A stretch of DNA of 32,000 nucleotides from Schaalia odontolytica (GCF_005696695.1 NZ_CP040006.1:960001-992000), one strand, 5' to 3'; numbered from the stretch's first letter, positions 1-9,192 are shown. The notes: generated by a model from the letters alone, not told the origin. Numbers and translations are program-made.

Positions 1-429
1 GGTGCTGTCGCCGAGCTGATATGCGACTCCGTCCACGTCGATCCGTCGCTCGTTCGCGACGTGTACGAACTGGTCGGCCGCGAGCACGTCGTTCTCATCA
101 CCGATGCGATGGCGGCCGCCGGCATGGCCGATGGCGAATACACGCTCGGCCCCCAGGACGTCATCGTGAAGGACGGCGTCGCTCGCCTGGCTCACGGCAA
201 CTCCATCGCGGGCGGCACGGCGCACCTCATGGACTGCGTGCGCGTAGCCGTCACCAAGGGCGGGATCCCGCTCGTTGACGCCGTGTACATGGCCTCAGCT
301 CAGGGAGCCACGATTCTCGGCGACGATACGATCGGCTCGCTGGCGGCCGGAAAGAAGGCCGACATCGTCGAGGTCGACTCTGACCTCGTCGTGCGCCGCG
401 TCTGGCGACGTGGCACTGTGGTTGCGTGA
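1..429 (+). CDS. nagA: N-acetylglucosamine-6-phosphate deacetylase, C-terminal part (5' end lies outside the window)
   Basis: Frame +1 is open from nt 1. The translation GAVAELICDSVHVDPSL...VLITDAMAAAGMADGEY...HGNSIAGGTAHLMD...GSLAAGKKADIVEVDSDL matches the conserved C-terminal half of NagA-type amidohydrolases. Stop codon TGA at 427-429. Confidence 0.85.
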   Translation, partial: GAVAELICDSVHVDPSLVRDVYELVGREHVVLITDAMAAAGMADGEYTLGPQDVIVKDGVARLAHGNSIAGGTAHLMDCVRVAVTKGGIPLVDAVYMASAQGATILGDDTIGSLAAGKKADIVEVDSDLVVRRVWRRGTVVA

Positions 430-722
430 GAGGCAAACGAAGCAAGAAACGACCGTGGGGCGAGGCGCGTCCATTGCAGATGGACCGCCTCGCCTCCGTG
501 CCGCGTACGGAACGCGGCCCTGACGGGGGCGATTATCAGGTGCGCCGCCTGCCCGGTTCGGCGAAGGAATACACCTGCCCGGCCTGCTTGCGCCCGATTC
601 CCGTGGGCAGTGCGCACGTGGTTGCGTGGCCCGAAGAAGCGCCGTTTGGCCTGCCCCAGGGAGTAGAGGGACGCCGTCATTGGCACTCGGAGTGCTGGCG
701 GCGAGGACTGCGTCCCCTGTGA
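426..722 (+). CDS. small conserved-looking actinobacterial protein with a CxxC...HxxC zinc-ribbon-like motif; function unknown
   Basis: 98-aa ORF. Its GTG start overlaps the nagA stop (GTGA at 426-429). It contains YTCPACLRPI...RRHWHSECWRR, i.e. CxxC plus HxxC. An internal ATG at 480 is an alternative start. Confidence 0.5.
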   Translation: MRGKRSKKRPWGEARPLQMDRLASVPRTERGPDGGDYQVRRLPGSAKEYTCPACLRPIPVGSAHVVAWPEEAPFGLPQGVEGRRHWHSECWRRGLRPL

Positions 723-838
723 CGCGCGGATGTGATGCATCACTGCCCCGCGTGCGAATTCGGCCGTCAACGGGGTTAGCACGTAAAGTGGAGCCTGAAG
801 AATGCCCGCAGTGTGGGTGTTGGACGTGAGGAGCAACC

Positions 839-2335
839 GTGGAACTCTTTAAGCGATACGTGGCGGCATCGTCGATGGGCGTTGTGGCTCTCGTATGCGT
901 GCTCGTCGGGCTGCTCGGTGTGACCGTGCTGCGGCCGCCGACGCATCAGGTCTCGTCGGTCGTGTCTTCGACCGATCTGATCATGACGCGCGGCAACGTG
1001 CTGTCGATCGTGAAGGACGACGTGACGGTCACCGCGACGTCGAAGTCGGGTGCACCCGTGACGCTGAGCATCGGCACCACGCAGGACGTCAAGGGCTGGA
1101 TTGGCGATGCTGCCTACACCGAGGTCATCGGCGTCGAGTCCGACCGCACGAAGCTGAAGGCCGAGTCGCACGATGCGATCGGCCCGTCTCGCGTCCCGTC
1201 ACCCACCCCGACCCAGCCCGGCGCACAGTCGGGGGCTCAGTCGGGCGTGCAGTCCGGTGCGCAGCCCCTCGCCGAGCCGTCGTCGGCCGACCTCGTGCAG
1301 CAGCTCGCCTCCTCCGACATGTGGTTCAAGCAGGCCAGCGGTGAGGGCACCGTGAGCCTGGACCTCGAGAACGTTCCGTCGGGCCGTTCCGCTCTCGCCG
1401 CGTCGGCCGCTGGCCCCGACGACCTGACCCTGACGCTGACCTGGAAGGTCGAGCAGACCAACACCCTCGCCATCATCGCGTTCCTTGCCGCCTGTGTCTT
1501 CGCGCTGATTGCCCTCGCGCTCTTCCTCACGCGCTGGCAGCTCCTGCGTCTGCGCAAGATTCGCGAGGCCCGCATTGAAGAGCGCCGTAAGGCTGACTCG
1601 CTCGAGACCTCCTCGATCAACTCCGCCGCCGTCGCCGAGCGCATTGCCGCCGCCCGCGAGGCTGCCCCGGCTGCCGTCGCGGCCTCTGAGCCGGCAAAGG
1701 CCGACGAGCCGTCCGTGGAAGAGTCGGAGCAGCCTGAGGCTGACACCGACGACCAGCCCGCAGACAACGCTCCCACGTGGGGCGCCGCAGCTTTCGCGTC
1801 CGGCAAGAACGAGGCCGAGGACGACGAAGCTCCCGTCGCAGAAGCTGACGAGGCCGTGGCTGAGGACAGTGCCGAGACCGAGCCCGCCGATGAGGCCCCC
1901 GTGGAGCCCGCCGAGGCCTCGGACGAGAACGCCGAGCAGGCACAGCCTACTGTTGACGCCTCCGAGGAGTACGTCCCGGACCCGCTGACCGATACCTTTG
2001 AGCGCCGCGGTCGCCACGGCCTCGATAATGGTCCGATCGACCAGGATCCGCCGGAGCGCGCCACGACCGACACCGGCGTCATCGACCTGTCCGGTATTCG
2101 CGGTGGTCGCACGCTGCCGTCGCGCCGCGCGCTGCGCGAAGCCCGCAACAACGGTGAGCAGGTCGTCGTGGTCGACGGCCAGGAATTCAACACGGGCCTG
2201 ATCCCGGTGACGCGTCCGCGCGCTGCCGAGCAGGCTCCCGCGCCGACGTCGGCACCCGATGATGACGCGTCCTCGACGGGCGGCTGGACCTCGATCATGT
2301 CCGGCTGGCTGAAGGACCGCCAGGAAGGTAAGTGA
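839..2335 (+). CDS. two-pass membrane protein with an extracytoplasmic middle domain and a long acidic Ala/Pro/Glu-rich C-terminal tail; function unknown
   Basis: GTG start preceded by GAGGAG 5 nt upstream. Hydrophobic segments are VVALVCVLVGLLGVTVL and LAIIAFLAACVFALIALALFLT. The tail is low-complexity (AEADEAVAEDSAETEPADEAPVEPAEASDENAE). The stop overlaps the start of the next gene. Confidence 0.7.
   Translation: MELFKRYVAASSMGVVALVCVLVGLLGVTVLRPPTHQVSSVVSSTDLIMTRGNVLSIVKDDVTVTATSKSGAPVTLSIGTTQDVKGWIGDAAYTEVIGVESDRTKLKAESHDAIGPSRVPSPTPTQPGAQSGAQSGVQSGAQPLAEPSSADLVQQLASSDMWFKQASGEGTVSLDLENVPSGRSALAASAAGPDDLTLTLTWKVEQTNTLAIIAFLAACVFALIALALFLTRWQLLRLRKIREARIEERRKADSLETSSINSAAVAERIAAAREAAPAAVAASEPAKADEPSVEESEQPEADTDDQPADNAPTWGAAAFASGKNEAEDDEAPVAEADEAVAEDSAETEPADEAPVEPAEASDENAEQAQPTVDASEEYVPDPLTDTFERRGRHGLDNGPIDQDPPERATTDTGVIDLSGIRGGRTLPSRRALREARNNGEQVVVVDGQEFNTGLIPVTRPRAAEQAPAPTSAPDDDASSTGGWTSIMSGWLKDRQEGK
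1220..1264 (+). repeat. in-frame 12-bp tandem repeat (about 3.75 units) encoding GAQS-GAQS-GVQS-GAQ
   Basis: Read directly: ggcgcacagtcg ggggctcagtcg ggcgtgcagtcc ggtgcgcag, inside the 839-2335 CDS. Confidence 0.8.
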
Positions 2336-3333
2336 TGAAACGACGCACCCTCGCCGCCGCTGCGGCCGCCCTGCTCATGACCTCTGCTCTGGGAATGAGC
2401 GCATGTTCGAACGAGATTGTCGCCCAGTCGGGTGAGGAGGCACAGAGCGCCGCCAACCTCGACCTCGAGCGCATCTCCTCCGTGCTCGACGCGACCGGTA
2501 AGGCCATGACCACTGCGGATGCGTCGCTGAACGCCTCAGACCTGTCGGGCCGCGTTTCGCAGGGTGCCCTGGCATACCGCACTGCTCAGTACGCGTACGC
2601 CACGGCCTCGGGCCAGACACCGCAGGCCCTGGACTTCACGCCGGCCTCGCTGGCCATCACGAACTCCGACTCGTGGCCTCGTGCGATCTTCAACATCTCC
2701 GAGTCCTCCTCCACGGCCCTGCCCGTGGTGCAGGTCTACGTGCAGGATTCCGCGCGTTCGGACTACCAGCTGACGAACTATGCGCGCCTCCTGGGCGGCA
2801 CCCAGCTGACGCTGCCCCCCGTGGGCACCGGCTCCGCCTACGTGACCGGTACCTCCGAGGGCTTCACGGTGAGCCCCGAAGCGGCGCTCGCTCAGTACAT
2901 CACGATGCTGAACTCCGGCACCCAGGACACCACGCAGTTTGTCGCGGACGACTTCACGAAGACCTACCTGTCGAACGTCACTGATCTGAACTCCTCGGTG
3001 AGCGCTGCCGGTAGCGTGACCGCCGCGGCCACGGCGACGGACTACCCGATTTCCGGCCTGGTTCTCCAGGACGGTTCGGCTCTGGTTGCGGCCAACTTCA
3101 AGTTCACGCTGACCTACCAGCGCACGGTCGCGGGTGCGACCATGAACCTGGGCGGCAAGACGGCGACGATGAGTGCTGACGGCACGACGGTCGAAGGCAC
3201 CGCTACTGCGGAGTACCTGGCGACGATCCTCATGCGCATTCCGTCGAAGACAGCGGGGGGAATTCCCCAGATCGTTGGTGGCGAGTACGCCATTGTGTCC
3301 GTGACGCTCGATCCTTCGTCGAGCCCGGGCTGA
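2335..3333 (+). CDS. putative secreted lipoprotein; function unknown
   Basis: The N-terminus MKRRTLAAAAAALLMTSALGMSAC has a basic n-region, a hydrophobic core and a lipobox-like MSAC. AGGAAGG lies 7 nt upstream of the ATG at 2335. A GTG at 2332 is an alternative start. Either start overlaps the upstream stop (GTGATGA). Confidence 0.7.
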   Translation: MKRRTLAAAAAALLMTSALGMSACSNEIVAQSGEEAQSAANLDLERISSVLDATGKAMTTADASLNASDLSGRVSQGALAYRTAQYAYATASGQTPQALDFTPASLAITNSDSWPRAIFNISESSSTALPVVQVYVQDSARSDYQLTNYARLLGGTQLTLPPVGTGSAYVTGTSEGFTVSPEAALAQYITMLNSGTQDTTQFVADDFTKTYLSNVTDLNSSVSAAGSVTAAATATDYPISGLVLQDGSALVAANFKFTLTYQRTVAGATMNLGGKTATMSADGTTVEGTATAEYLATILMRIPSKTAGGIPQIVGGEYAIVSVTLDPSSSPG

Positions 3334-3432
3334 TTTTCACCCACAGCGCACACATCGTCCCCGCGGCTTAGAGTCGTGGGGACGACGCATATCATCGTTC
3401 TTAGTAACAACTGTTTTGACGAAGAGGACACC

Positions 3433-4335
3433 ATGACTACGCCTGACCCTCGTCCCGCATCCGAGGCGACGCCTATGCCCGCAGACTCGCACGGAGCCGT
3501 CGACCTGTCGGCACGTTCGAGCGCACCCGCTCCCGAGGAGTCCGCCGCTCCCGCAGCGGGGGAGGGCTTGCACATCCCGCTGATCACCACCACGGACGAG
3601 GAGAACTTCCAGGACGTCATGTCCACCTCCCAGGCCGTGCCGGTCATCATGATCATGTGGTCGCCGCGTTCGCTCGAGTCCAAGCCTGCACTGGCCATGC
3701 TCGAGGAGATCGCGCGCGAGCAGGCGGGCAAGTTCCAGCTGGTCGAGGTCGACATCGACAAGGCGCCCGCGATCGCTCAGGCGTTCCAGATCCAGGGTGT
3801 GCCCACGGTCGTCGCTCTCGTTGGCGGGCGTCCCGTTCCGCTCTTCCAGGGCGCGGCTGCCAAGGAACAGGTGCTTCCCATCGTCACGCAGGTGCTCGAT
3901 GCCGCCGCGCAGATGGGCGTCACGGCGCGCATCGCCGTGGCCGCCGAGGATACCGTCGCCCCGACCCCGCCCGAGCACGAGGCGCCCCTGGCCGCCGAGG
4001 CCGCCGGGAACCTCGACGAGGCCATCGCCGGCTGGGAGAAGGTCATCGAGCTGAATCCGCGCGACGAAGACGCGAAGTCTCACCTGTCCCGCGTGCGACT
4101 GGCGGCCCGTAGCGCGCAGGCCGACGCTACCGATCCCGCCGCACGTGCGGACACGCTGTTCGCTGCGGGCGACGCCGCTGGAGCCTTTGACGTGCTGCTT
4201 GACCTGCTCGCCGCCTCCACGGACGCTGAGGAGCGCGACGCGCTGCGCCTGCGTCTCCTTGACCTCTTCCGGGTCGCAGGCTCGACCCCCGAGGTCTCCA
4301 AGGCGCGTACGCGCCTGGCGATGCTCCTCATGTGA
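3433..4335 (+). CDS. thioredoxin-fold plus TPR-like C-terminal domain protein (YbbN/CnoX-like architecture); active-site cysteines replaced
   Basis: VPVIMIMWSPRSLESKPALAMLEEIA...QGVPTVVALVGGRPV aligns to the thioredoxin core, with WCGPC replaced by WSPRS (3658-3672). The C-terminal half is helical and Ala/Leu/Asp-rich (AIAGWEKVIELNPRDEDAKSHL). The ATG at 3433 has GAAGAGGA upstream. The track start at 3376 looks like an upstream extension. Confidence 0.75.
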   Translation: MTTPDPRPASEATPMPADSHGAVDLSARSSAPAPEESAAPAAGEGLHIPLITTTDEENFQDVMSTSQAVPVIMIMWSPRSLESKPALAMLEEIAREQAGKFQLVEVDIDKAPAIAQAFQIQGVPTVVALVGGRPVPLFQGAAAKEQVLPIVTQVLDAAAQMGVTARIAVAAEDTVAPTPPEHEAPLAAEAAGNLDEAIAGWEKVIELNPRDEDAKSHLSRVRLAARSAQADATDPAARADTLFAAGDAAGAFDVLLDLLAASTDAEERDALRLRLLDLFRVAGSTPEVSKARTRLAMLLM

Positions 4336-4377
4336 TACCGTCGTGCCAACGCACAGTTGCGGAAAGGGGCCCTCATC

Positions 4378-4551
4378 ATGGCAGCATGGATCATCGTCGC
4401 TGTCGTGTTCGTCTTGGTCGTCGTGTGGTACGGATGGCATTCCACGCACAACGAACTGACGAAGAAAATCGACCGCGAGTCTGACCCCGAAGTGAGGCGC
4501 GAACTCATCAAGCTGCAGGGGCAGATCGACCGGGGGAGGGCCGGCTTCTAA
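4378..4551 (+). CDS. small single-pass membrane protein; function unknown
   Basis: MAAWIIVAVVFVLVVVWYGW is a TM segment, followed by a charged tail. GGAAAGGGG lies 8 nt upstream of the ATG at 4378. The track ORF begins at a TTG at 4357. Confidence 0.45.
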   Translation: MAAWIIVAVVFVLVVVWYGWHSTHNELTKKIDRESDPEVRRELIKLQGQIDRGRAGF

Positions 4552-4604
4552 ACGTCGCGCCCGCTGATACCGGAGCGTGCCGATGCCGCAACGACCAGAA
4601 AACG

Positions 4605-4642
4605 AACGAGGCCGGAGCAGGAATCCCTGCTCCGGCCTCGTT
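4605..4642 (-). terminator. intrinsic terminator hairpin between convergent genes (mainly serving glgB)
   Basis: Perfect 17-bp stem aacgaggccggagcagg / cctgctccggcctcgtt with loop aatc. On the minus strand it is followed by cgttttctgg. It lies 17 nt past the glgB stop. Confidence 0.75.
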
Positions 4643-4658
4643 GTATCAGCCTACGGCG

Positions 4659-6854
4659 TCAGCGCACCTGCGAGGCGGGCACCAGCCACACGGCGCCCAG
4701 CGGCGGCACGCGCAGCGACGCGGAGACCGGGCGGCCGTTCCACGGGGTGTCCTCGGCGATGATCGTACCGACGTTGACGACGCCCGAGCCGCCGAACTCC
4801 TCGGAGTCCGTGTTCAGGATCTCGACCCACTCGCCGCCGAAGGGCAGGCCCACGCGGTAGCCCTCGTGCGGGTTGCCGGCGAAGTTCGAGATGCACACGA
4901 CGACCTCGCGGTTGCCCTCATCGTCCGATCCCTTACGCAGGTAGGAGATCAGGTTGTGGTCGCCGTCCGAGGCATCGATCCACTCGAAGCCCGTGTAGTC
5001 GTCGTCCCACATGGCGGGGGAGGAGGCGTAGATCTTGTTGAGGCGCTCCACCAGCGCGGCGACGCCTGCATGCCCCTCCTGATCCAGCAGCCACCAGTCG
5101 AGGGAGTAGGACTCGTTCCACTCCTGCTCCTGGCCGATCTCCTGGCCCATGAAGATGAGCTGCTTGCCCGGGTGACTCCACTGGTAGGCGTACAGGGAGC
5201 GCAGGCCCGCCAGGCGCTGCCACTTGTCGCCGGGCATCTTCGAAATCAGCGAGCCCTTGCCGTGCACGACCTCGTCGTGCGAGAGCGGCAGCACGTAGTT
5301 CTCGGAGAAGGCGTAGACCAGCGAGAAGGTGAGTTCGCCGTGGTGCCAGCGGCGGTTGACCGGATCCTCGCTCAGGTAGCGCAGGGTGTCGTTCATCCAG
5401 CCCATGTTCCACTTCATGCCGTAGCCGAGGCCGCCGCCGGACGTCGGGGCGGTCACGCCGGGCCATGCCGTGGACTCCTCGGCGATCATGACGATGCCGG
5501 GGTGACGACGGTACGCGGTCGCGTTGGCTTCCTGGATGAACTCGATGGCCTCCAGGTTCTCGCGGCCACCGTACTGGTTGGGACGCCACTGGCCGTCCTT
5601 GCGCGAGTAGTCCAGGTACAGCATCGAGGCCACGGCGTCGACGCGCAGGCCGTCGATATGGAAGTCCTCGAGCCAGTACAGGGCGTTGGCGACCAGGAAG
5701 TTACGCACCTCGCGGCGGCCGAAGTTGAAGACGTAGGTGCCCCAGTCGGGATGCTCGCCGCGCAGCGGGTCCGGATCCTCGTACAGCGGGGTGCCGTCGA
5801 AGCGGGCCAGCGCGAAGTCGTCCTTGGGGAAGTGGGCGGGGACCCAGTCCAGGATGACGCCGATGCCCTCGCGGTGGAAGGCGTCCACCAGGTAGCGGAA
5901 GTCGTCCGGGGTACCGTAGCGCGAGGAGGGCGCGTAGTAGGAGGTCACCTGGTAGCCCCACGAGCCACCGAAGGGGTGCTCGGCCAGCGGCATGAACTCC
6001 ACGTGCGTGAAGCCCATCTGCTTGACGTAGGGGACCAGCTCGTCGGCCAGCTCGCGGTAGCCCAGGCCCTGACGCCAGGAGCCCGCGTGGACCTCGTAGA
6101 TGGACATCGGGCCGTTGTGGACGTTGCGGTCCTTGCGGGCGGACATCCACTCCTGGTCGGTCCACTCGTGGAAGTAGTCGGTGACGACCGAGGCCGTGGC
6201 CGGGGGAATCTCGGTGGCGCGAGCCATCGGGTCGGCCTTCTGGAACCAGTTGCCGCCGGGGCCCTGGATCTCGAACTTGTAGCGGGCGCCGACGCCGACC
6301 TCGGGGACGAAGATCTCCCACACGCCGGACGAACCCAGCGAACGCATGGAGGTCTGGGTGCCGTCCCAGTAGTTGAATTCGCCGACGACGCGCACGGCGC
6401 GGGCGTTGGGGGCCCACACGGCGAAGGCGGTACCGGTGGTCTCGCCCAGCTCGTCAGTGTAGGTCTTCACGTGCGCGCCGAGAACGTTCCAGAGGTTCTC
6501 GTGGCGGCCCTCAGAGATGAGGTAGGTGTCCATCTCGCCCAGGGTGGGCAGGTACCGGTAGGGATCGTCGCGCACGATCGTGTCCTCGCCGTAGGTGACG
6601 GACACGCGGTAGGCGGTGATCTCCTTGCCGGGCAGGGCCGCAACCCAGATGCCGCCGCGCTCGTGCGTGGCAGCGTAGGCGCCGGTGGGGGTGATGATGT
6701 CGACCGCGTCGGCCAGGTGCGCGACGACTCGGATGGTGACACCGTCGTCACCGAGGTGCGCGCCCAGCACAGAGTGGGGCGAGTAGTAGGAGCCTGAGGC
6801 AACGGCGTCGAGAATGTCGTCATTGACCGGGATCGGCGTAAGTTCGAAGCTCAT
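4659..6854 (-). CDS. glgB: 1,4-alpha-glucan branching enzyme
   Basis: 731-aa ORF with GH13 branching-enzyme hallmarks: [66 protein letters not shown] and [14 protein letters not shown]. Confidence 0.95.
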   Translation of the reverse strand: MSFELTPIPVNDDILDAVASGSYYSPHSVLGAHLGDDGVTIRVVAHLADAVDIITPTGAYAATHERGGIWVAALPGKEITAYRVSVTYGEDTIVRDDPYRYLPTLGEMDTYLISEGRHENLWNVLGAHVKTYTDELGETTGTAFAVWAPNARAVRVVGEFNYWDGTQTSMRSLGSSGVWEIFVPEVGVGARYKFEIQGPGGNWFQKADPMARATEIPPATASVVTDYFHEWTDQEWMSARKDRNVHNGPMSIYEVHAGSWRQGLGYRELADELVPYVKQMGFTHVEFMPLAEHPFGGSWGYQVTSYYAPSSRYGTPDDFRYLVDAFHREGIGVILDWVPAHFPKDDFALARFDGTPLYEDPDPLRGEHPDWGTYVFNFGRREVRNFLVANALYWLEDFHIDGLRVDAVASMLYLDYSRKDGQWRPNQYGGRENLEAIEFIQEANATAYRRHPGIVMIAEESTAWPGVTAPTSGGGLGYGMKWNMGWMNDTLRYLSEDPVNRRWHHGELTFSLVYAFSENYVLPLSHDEVVHGKGSLISKMPGDKWQRLAGLRSLYAYQWSHPGKQLIFMGQEIGQEQEWNESYSLDWWLLDQEGHAGVAALVERLNKIYASSPAMWDDDYTGFEWIDASDGDHNLISYLRKGSDDEGNREVVVCISNFAGNPHEGYRVGLPFGGEWVEILNTDSEEFGGSGVVNVGTIIAEDTPWNGRPVSASLRVPPLGAVWLVPASQVR

Positions 6855-6876
6855 GGATGTTCCTTACTCCAGAAGG

Positions 6877-6894
6877 GTGAACCGCTCAGTTCAC
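6877..6894. promoter_or_regulatory. candidate operator palindrome in the glgB 5' leader
   Basis: gtgaac-cgctca-gttcac is a perfect 6-bp inverted repeat with a 6-bp spacer. It lies 23-40 nt upstream of the glgB ATG, just upstream of the GGAGTAAGG ribosome-binding site on the minus strand. Confidence 0.3.
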
Positions 6895-6972
6895 TGGTGT
6901 TAATAAGTCTAACGTCTGACCGGCAAAATAGGGAGCCGGGTCTCATTTTGATGGGGGTTATGGAGGGTGTGC

Positions 6973-7010
6973 GTGCACCCGGCGCGGTGACGTGGTAGCG
7001 CCGGGTGCAC
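6973..7010 (-). terminator. hairpin downstream of glgE
   Basis: Perfect 13-bp stem gtgcacccggcgc / gcgccgggtgcac with a 12-nt loop, 9 nt past the glgE stop. There is no strong U-tract, so termination efficiency is uncertain. Confidence 0.55.
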
Positions 7011-7018
7011 GAGCCTCG

Positions 7019-9070
7019 TTAGGCCTGTGCCCAGGGCGAAGAGTGCGCGGGCTCGACCTTGAAGACGTGGCCCAGGCGCGTCACGGGGGACAGCGACACC
7101 CAGTTGGACGAGCCCCACACATAGGAGCGACCGTCCAGCTCGTCGACGACCGTAATGTGACCACCCGGGGTGGCCAGGCCCATCGCCTCCAGATCGAGCT
7201 CGACCGAGGCGTCCACGCCGTTGTGCGGATCCAGGGAGATCACGCAGATGACGGTGTCGGGCTTGCCGTCCGACGTGAACTTGCCGGGCATCTGACGCGA
7301 GAACGCGATGAGGCGATCCGAGGAGGTCGGGTGGATGCGGATCTGGTGGAGCTGGCGCAGCGCGGGGTGCTTGGCTCGCGCGGCGTTGAGCAGCGTGAAC
7401 AGGCGCGAGATGCCGATCGGCTCGGCGTCCTCCCAGCGGCGCGGGCGGAACTCGTACTTCTCGTTGTTGTTGGGCTCCTGGTAGGTGCCGCGCGGCTCGT
7501 TCTCCACGAATTCGTAGCCGGAGTAGATGCCCCATGTGGGTGCCCCCAGGGCTGCGAGCATCGCACGGATCGCGAAGATCGCGGTGCCGCCGTCCCACAT
7601 CTGCGGGGTGAGAATGTCATGCGTGGTGGGCCAGAAGGCGGGGCGCATGAGGTGCGCGGTCTCTTCGGAGATTTCGCGCAGGTATTCCTCGATCTCCTCC
7701 TTCTCGGTCCTCCACGCGAAGTAGGTGTAGGACTGATCGAAGCCGATCGCGCCGAGGGTGCGCATCATGGCGGGGCGCGTGAAGGCCTCGGCCAGGAAGA
7801 GCGTGCCCGGGTACTGCGCCTTGATGTCGGCGAGCAGGCGCTCCCAGAAGGGGATGGGCTTCGTGTGCGGGTTGTCGACGCGGAAGATCGTCACGCCGTG
7901 GTTGATCCACAGCTCGATGACGTCGCGCACCGCCTGGTAGATGCCCTCGGGGTCGTTGTCGAAGTTCAGGGGGTAGATGTCCTGGTACTTCTTCGGCGGG
8001 TTCTCCGCATACGCGATGGTGCCGTCGGCGCGCGTCGTGAACCACTCGGGGTGATCCTTGACCCACGGGTGATCGGGCGAGCACTGGAGGGCCAGGTCGA
8101 GAGCGACCTCCAGGCCGAGGCCTCGGGCGCGCTCAACGAAGCGGTCGAAATCGGCAAAGTCGCCGAGTTCGGGATGGATGGCGTCATGGCCGCCCTCGGG
8201 GGAACCGATGCCGTAGGGCGAGCCCGGATCGCCGGGGGCGGCCTCCAGGGAGTTGTTCTTGCCCTTGCGGTGCGTCGTGCCGATCGGATGGATCGGGGTC
8301 AGGTAGACGACGTCGAAACCCATGCCTGCGATGCGCGGCAGGTCCTCCGCCGCGCCCGTGAGAGTGCCAGAGACCCACGTGCCGTCGGGGCGCTGGAAAG
8401 CGCCCGCCGAGCGCGGGAAGATCTCGTACCAGGCGCCCGCCAGGGCCTTCGTGCGGGCCACGTCGAGCGGGTAGACGCGGGAGGAGTCCAGCAGGTCGCG
8501 CAGCGGGTGGTCGCGGAAGATCAGGCGCACGCGCGAGGAGATGCCAGCGGAGAGGCGCTGCTGGGCGGAATGGCTGGTGTCGCGCAGGCGGCGCGCCGCG
8601 TCGGTCAGGACGTCAATGTCCGAGGCCGGGGGGCGCTTCTGGGAGGGGTTGCCGTAGGCGGTGCCTTCGGCCGCGCGCTCCATGAGGAGGGCGCCTTCCT
8701 CGAGCATGAGCTCGACGTCGACGCCGGCGCCGACCTTGACGGTCGCGTCGTGGCGCCACGTCGCGTAGGGATCCGACCAGGAGTCCACGCGGAAGGACCA
8801 CGCGCCGGGGGCGTCGGTGGCCACCCAGGCCTCGTACCGGTCGAGACCGGGGGCGATGTCCACCATGCGCGTGCGGGAGTATTCACCCCCGTCCGGGCGC
8901 AGCAGGATGGCCTCGGCGGCGAATGCGTCGTGTCCTTCGCGGAAGACAGTCGCACGAATGGGGAAAGGCTCGCCTTCGGCCGCCTTGGCGGGAAGCGTGC
9001 CGTCTTCGATGACGGGGAACACTTCGATGATCGGGATACGGGGCAACAGTTTCTCGCTCACGAGACCCAC
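7019..9070 (-). CDS. glgE: alpha-1,4-glucan:maltose-1-phosphate maltosyltransferase
   Basis: 683-aa ORF. The N-terminus is RIPIIEVFPVIEDGTLPAKAAEGEPFPIRATVFREGHDA. The GH13_3 core includes FDVVYLTPIHPIG, IFRVDNPHTKP and LFLAEAFTRPAMM. It sits next to glgB, as in mycobacterial and streptomycete GlgE-pathway loci. GTG start. Confidence 0.93.
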   Translation of the reverse strand: MGLVSEKLLPRIPIIEVFPVIEDGTLPAKAAEGEPFPIRATVFREGHDAFAAEAILLRPDGGEYSRTRMVDIAPGLDRYEAWVATDAPGAWSFRVDSWSDPYATWRHDATVKVGAGVDVELMLEEGALLMERAAEGTAYGNPSQKRPPASDIDVLTDAARRLRDTSHSAQQRLSAGISSRVRLIFRDHPLRDLLDSSRVYPLDVARTKALAGAWYEIFPRSAGAFQRPDGTWVSGTLTGAAEDLPRIAGMGFDVVYLTPIHPIGTTHRKGKNNSLEAAPGDPGSPYGIGSPEGGHDAIHPELGDFADFDRFVERARGLGLEVALDLALQCSPDHPWVKDHPEWFTTRADGTIAYAENPPKKYQDIYPLNFDNDPEGIYQAVRDVIELWINHGVTIFRVDNPHTKPIPFWERLLADIKAQYPGTLFLAEAFTRPAMMRTLGAIGFDQSYTYFAWRTEKEEIEEYLREISEETAHLMRPAFWPTTHDILTPQMWDGGTAIFAIRAMLAALGAPTWGIYSGYEFVENEPRGTYQEPNNNEKYEFRPRRWEDAEPIGISRLFTLLNAARAKHPALRQLHQIRIHPTSSDRLIAFSRQMPGKFTSDGKPDTVICVISLDPHNGVDASVELDLEAMGLATPGGHITVVDELDGRSYVWGSSNWVSLSPVTRLGHVFKVEPAHSSPWAQA

Positions 9071-9192
9071 ACTAGCCTATGGATGCGCGCACGTGAAAGT
9101 GAGGCCCACGCCTCGGCTCTGCGACTGATGTCTGAATGATCTGTCAAGATTTTAACTGTCGACTAAAACGTTGGAATTCCGACAGAAAAGAC

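Noticed and set aside
4641-6797. 718-aa ORF on the plus strand opposite glgB.
   Set aside because: It is an antisense shadow ORF. The translation is Ala/Gly/Val/Arg/Asp-rich low-information sequence with no motifs. The minus strand encodes a full-length, motif-perfect GlgB. Stop-poor antisense frames are expected in high-GC DNA.
6992-9139. 715-aa ORF on the plus strand opposite glgE.
   Set aside because: Same reasoning. It is an antisense shadow of a clearly genuine glgE, has no recognisable domains, and spans the intergenic regions.
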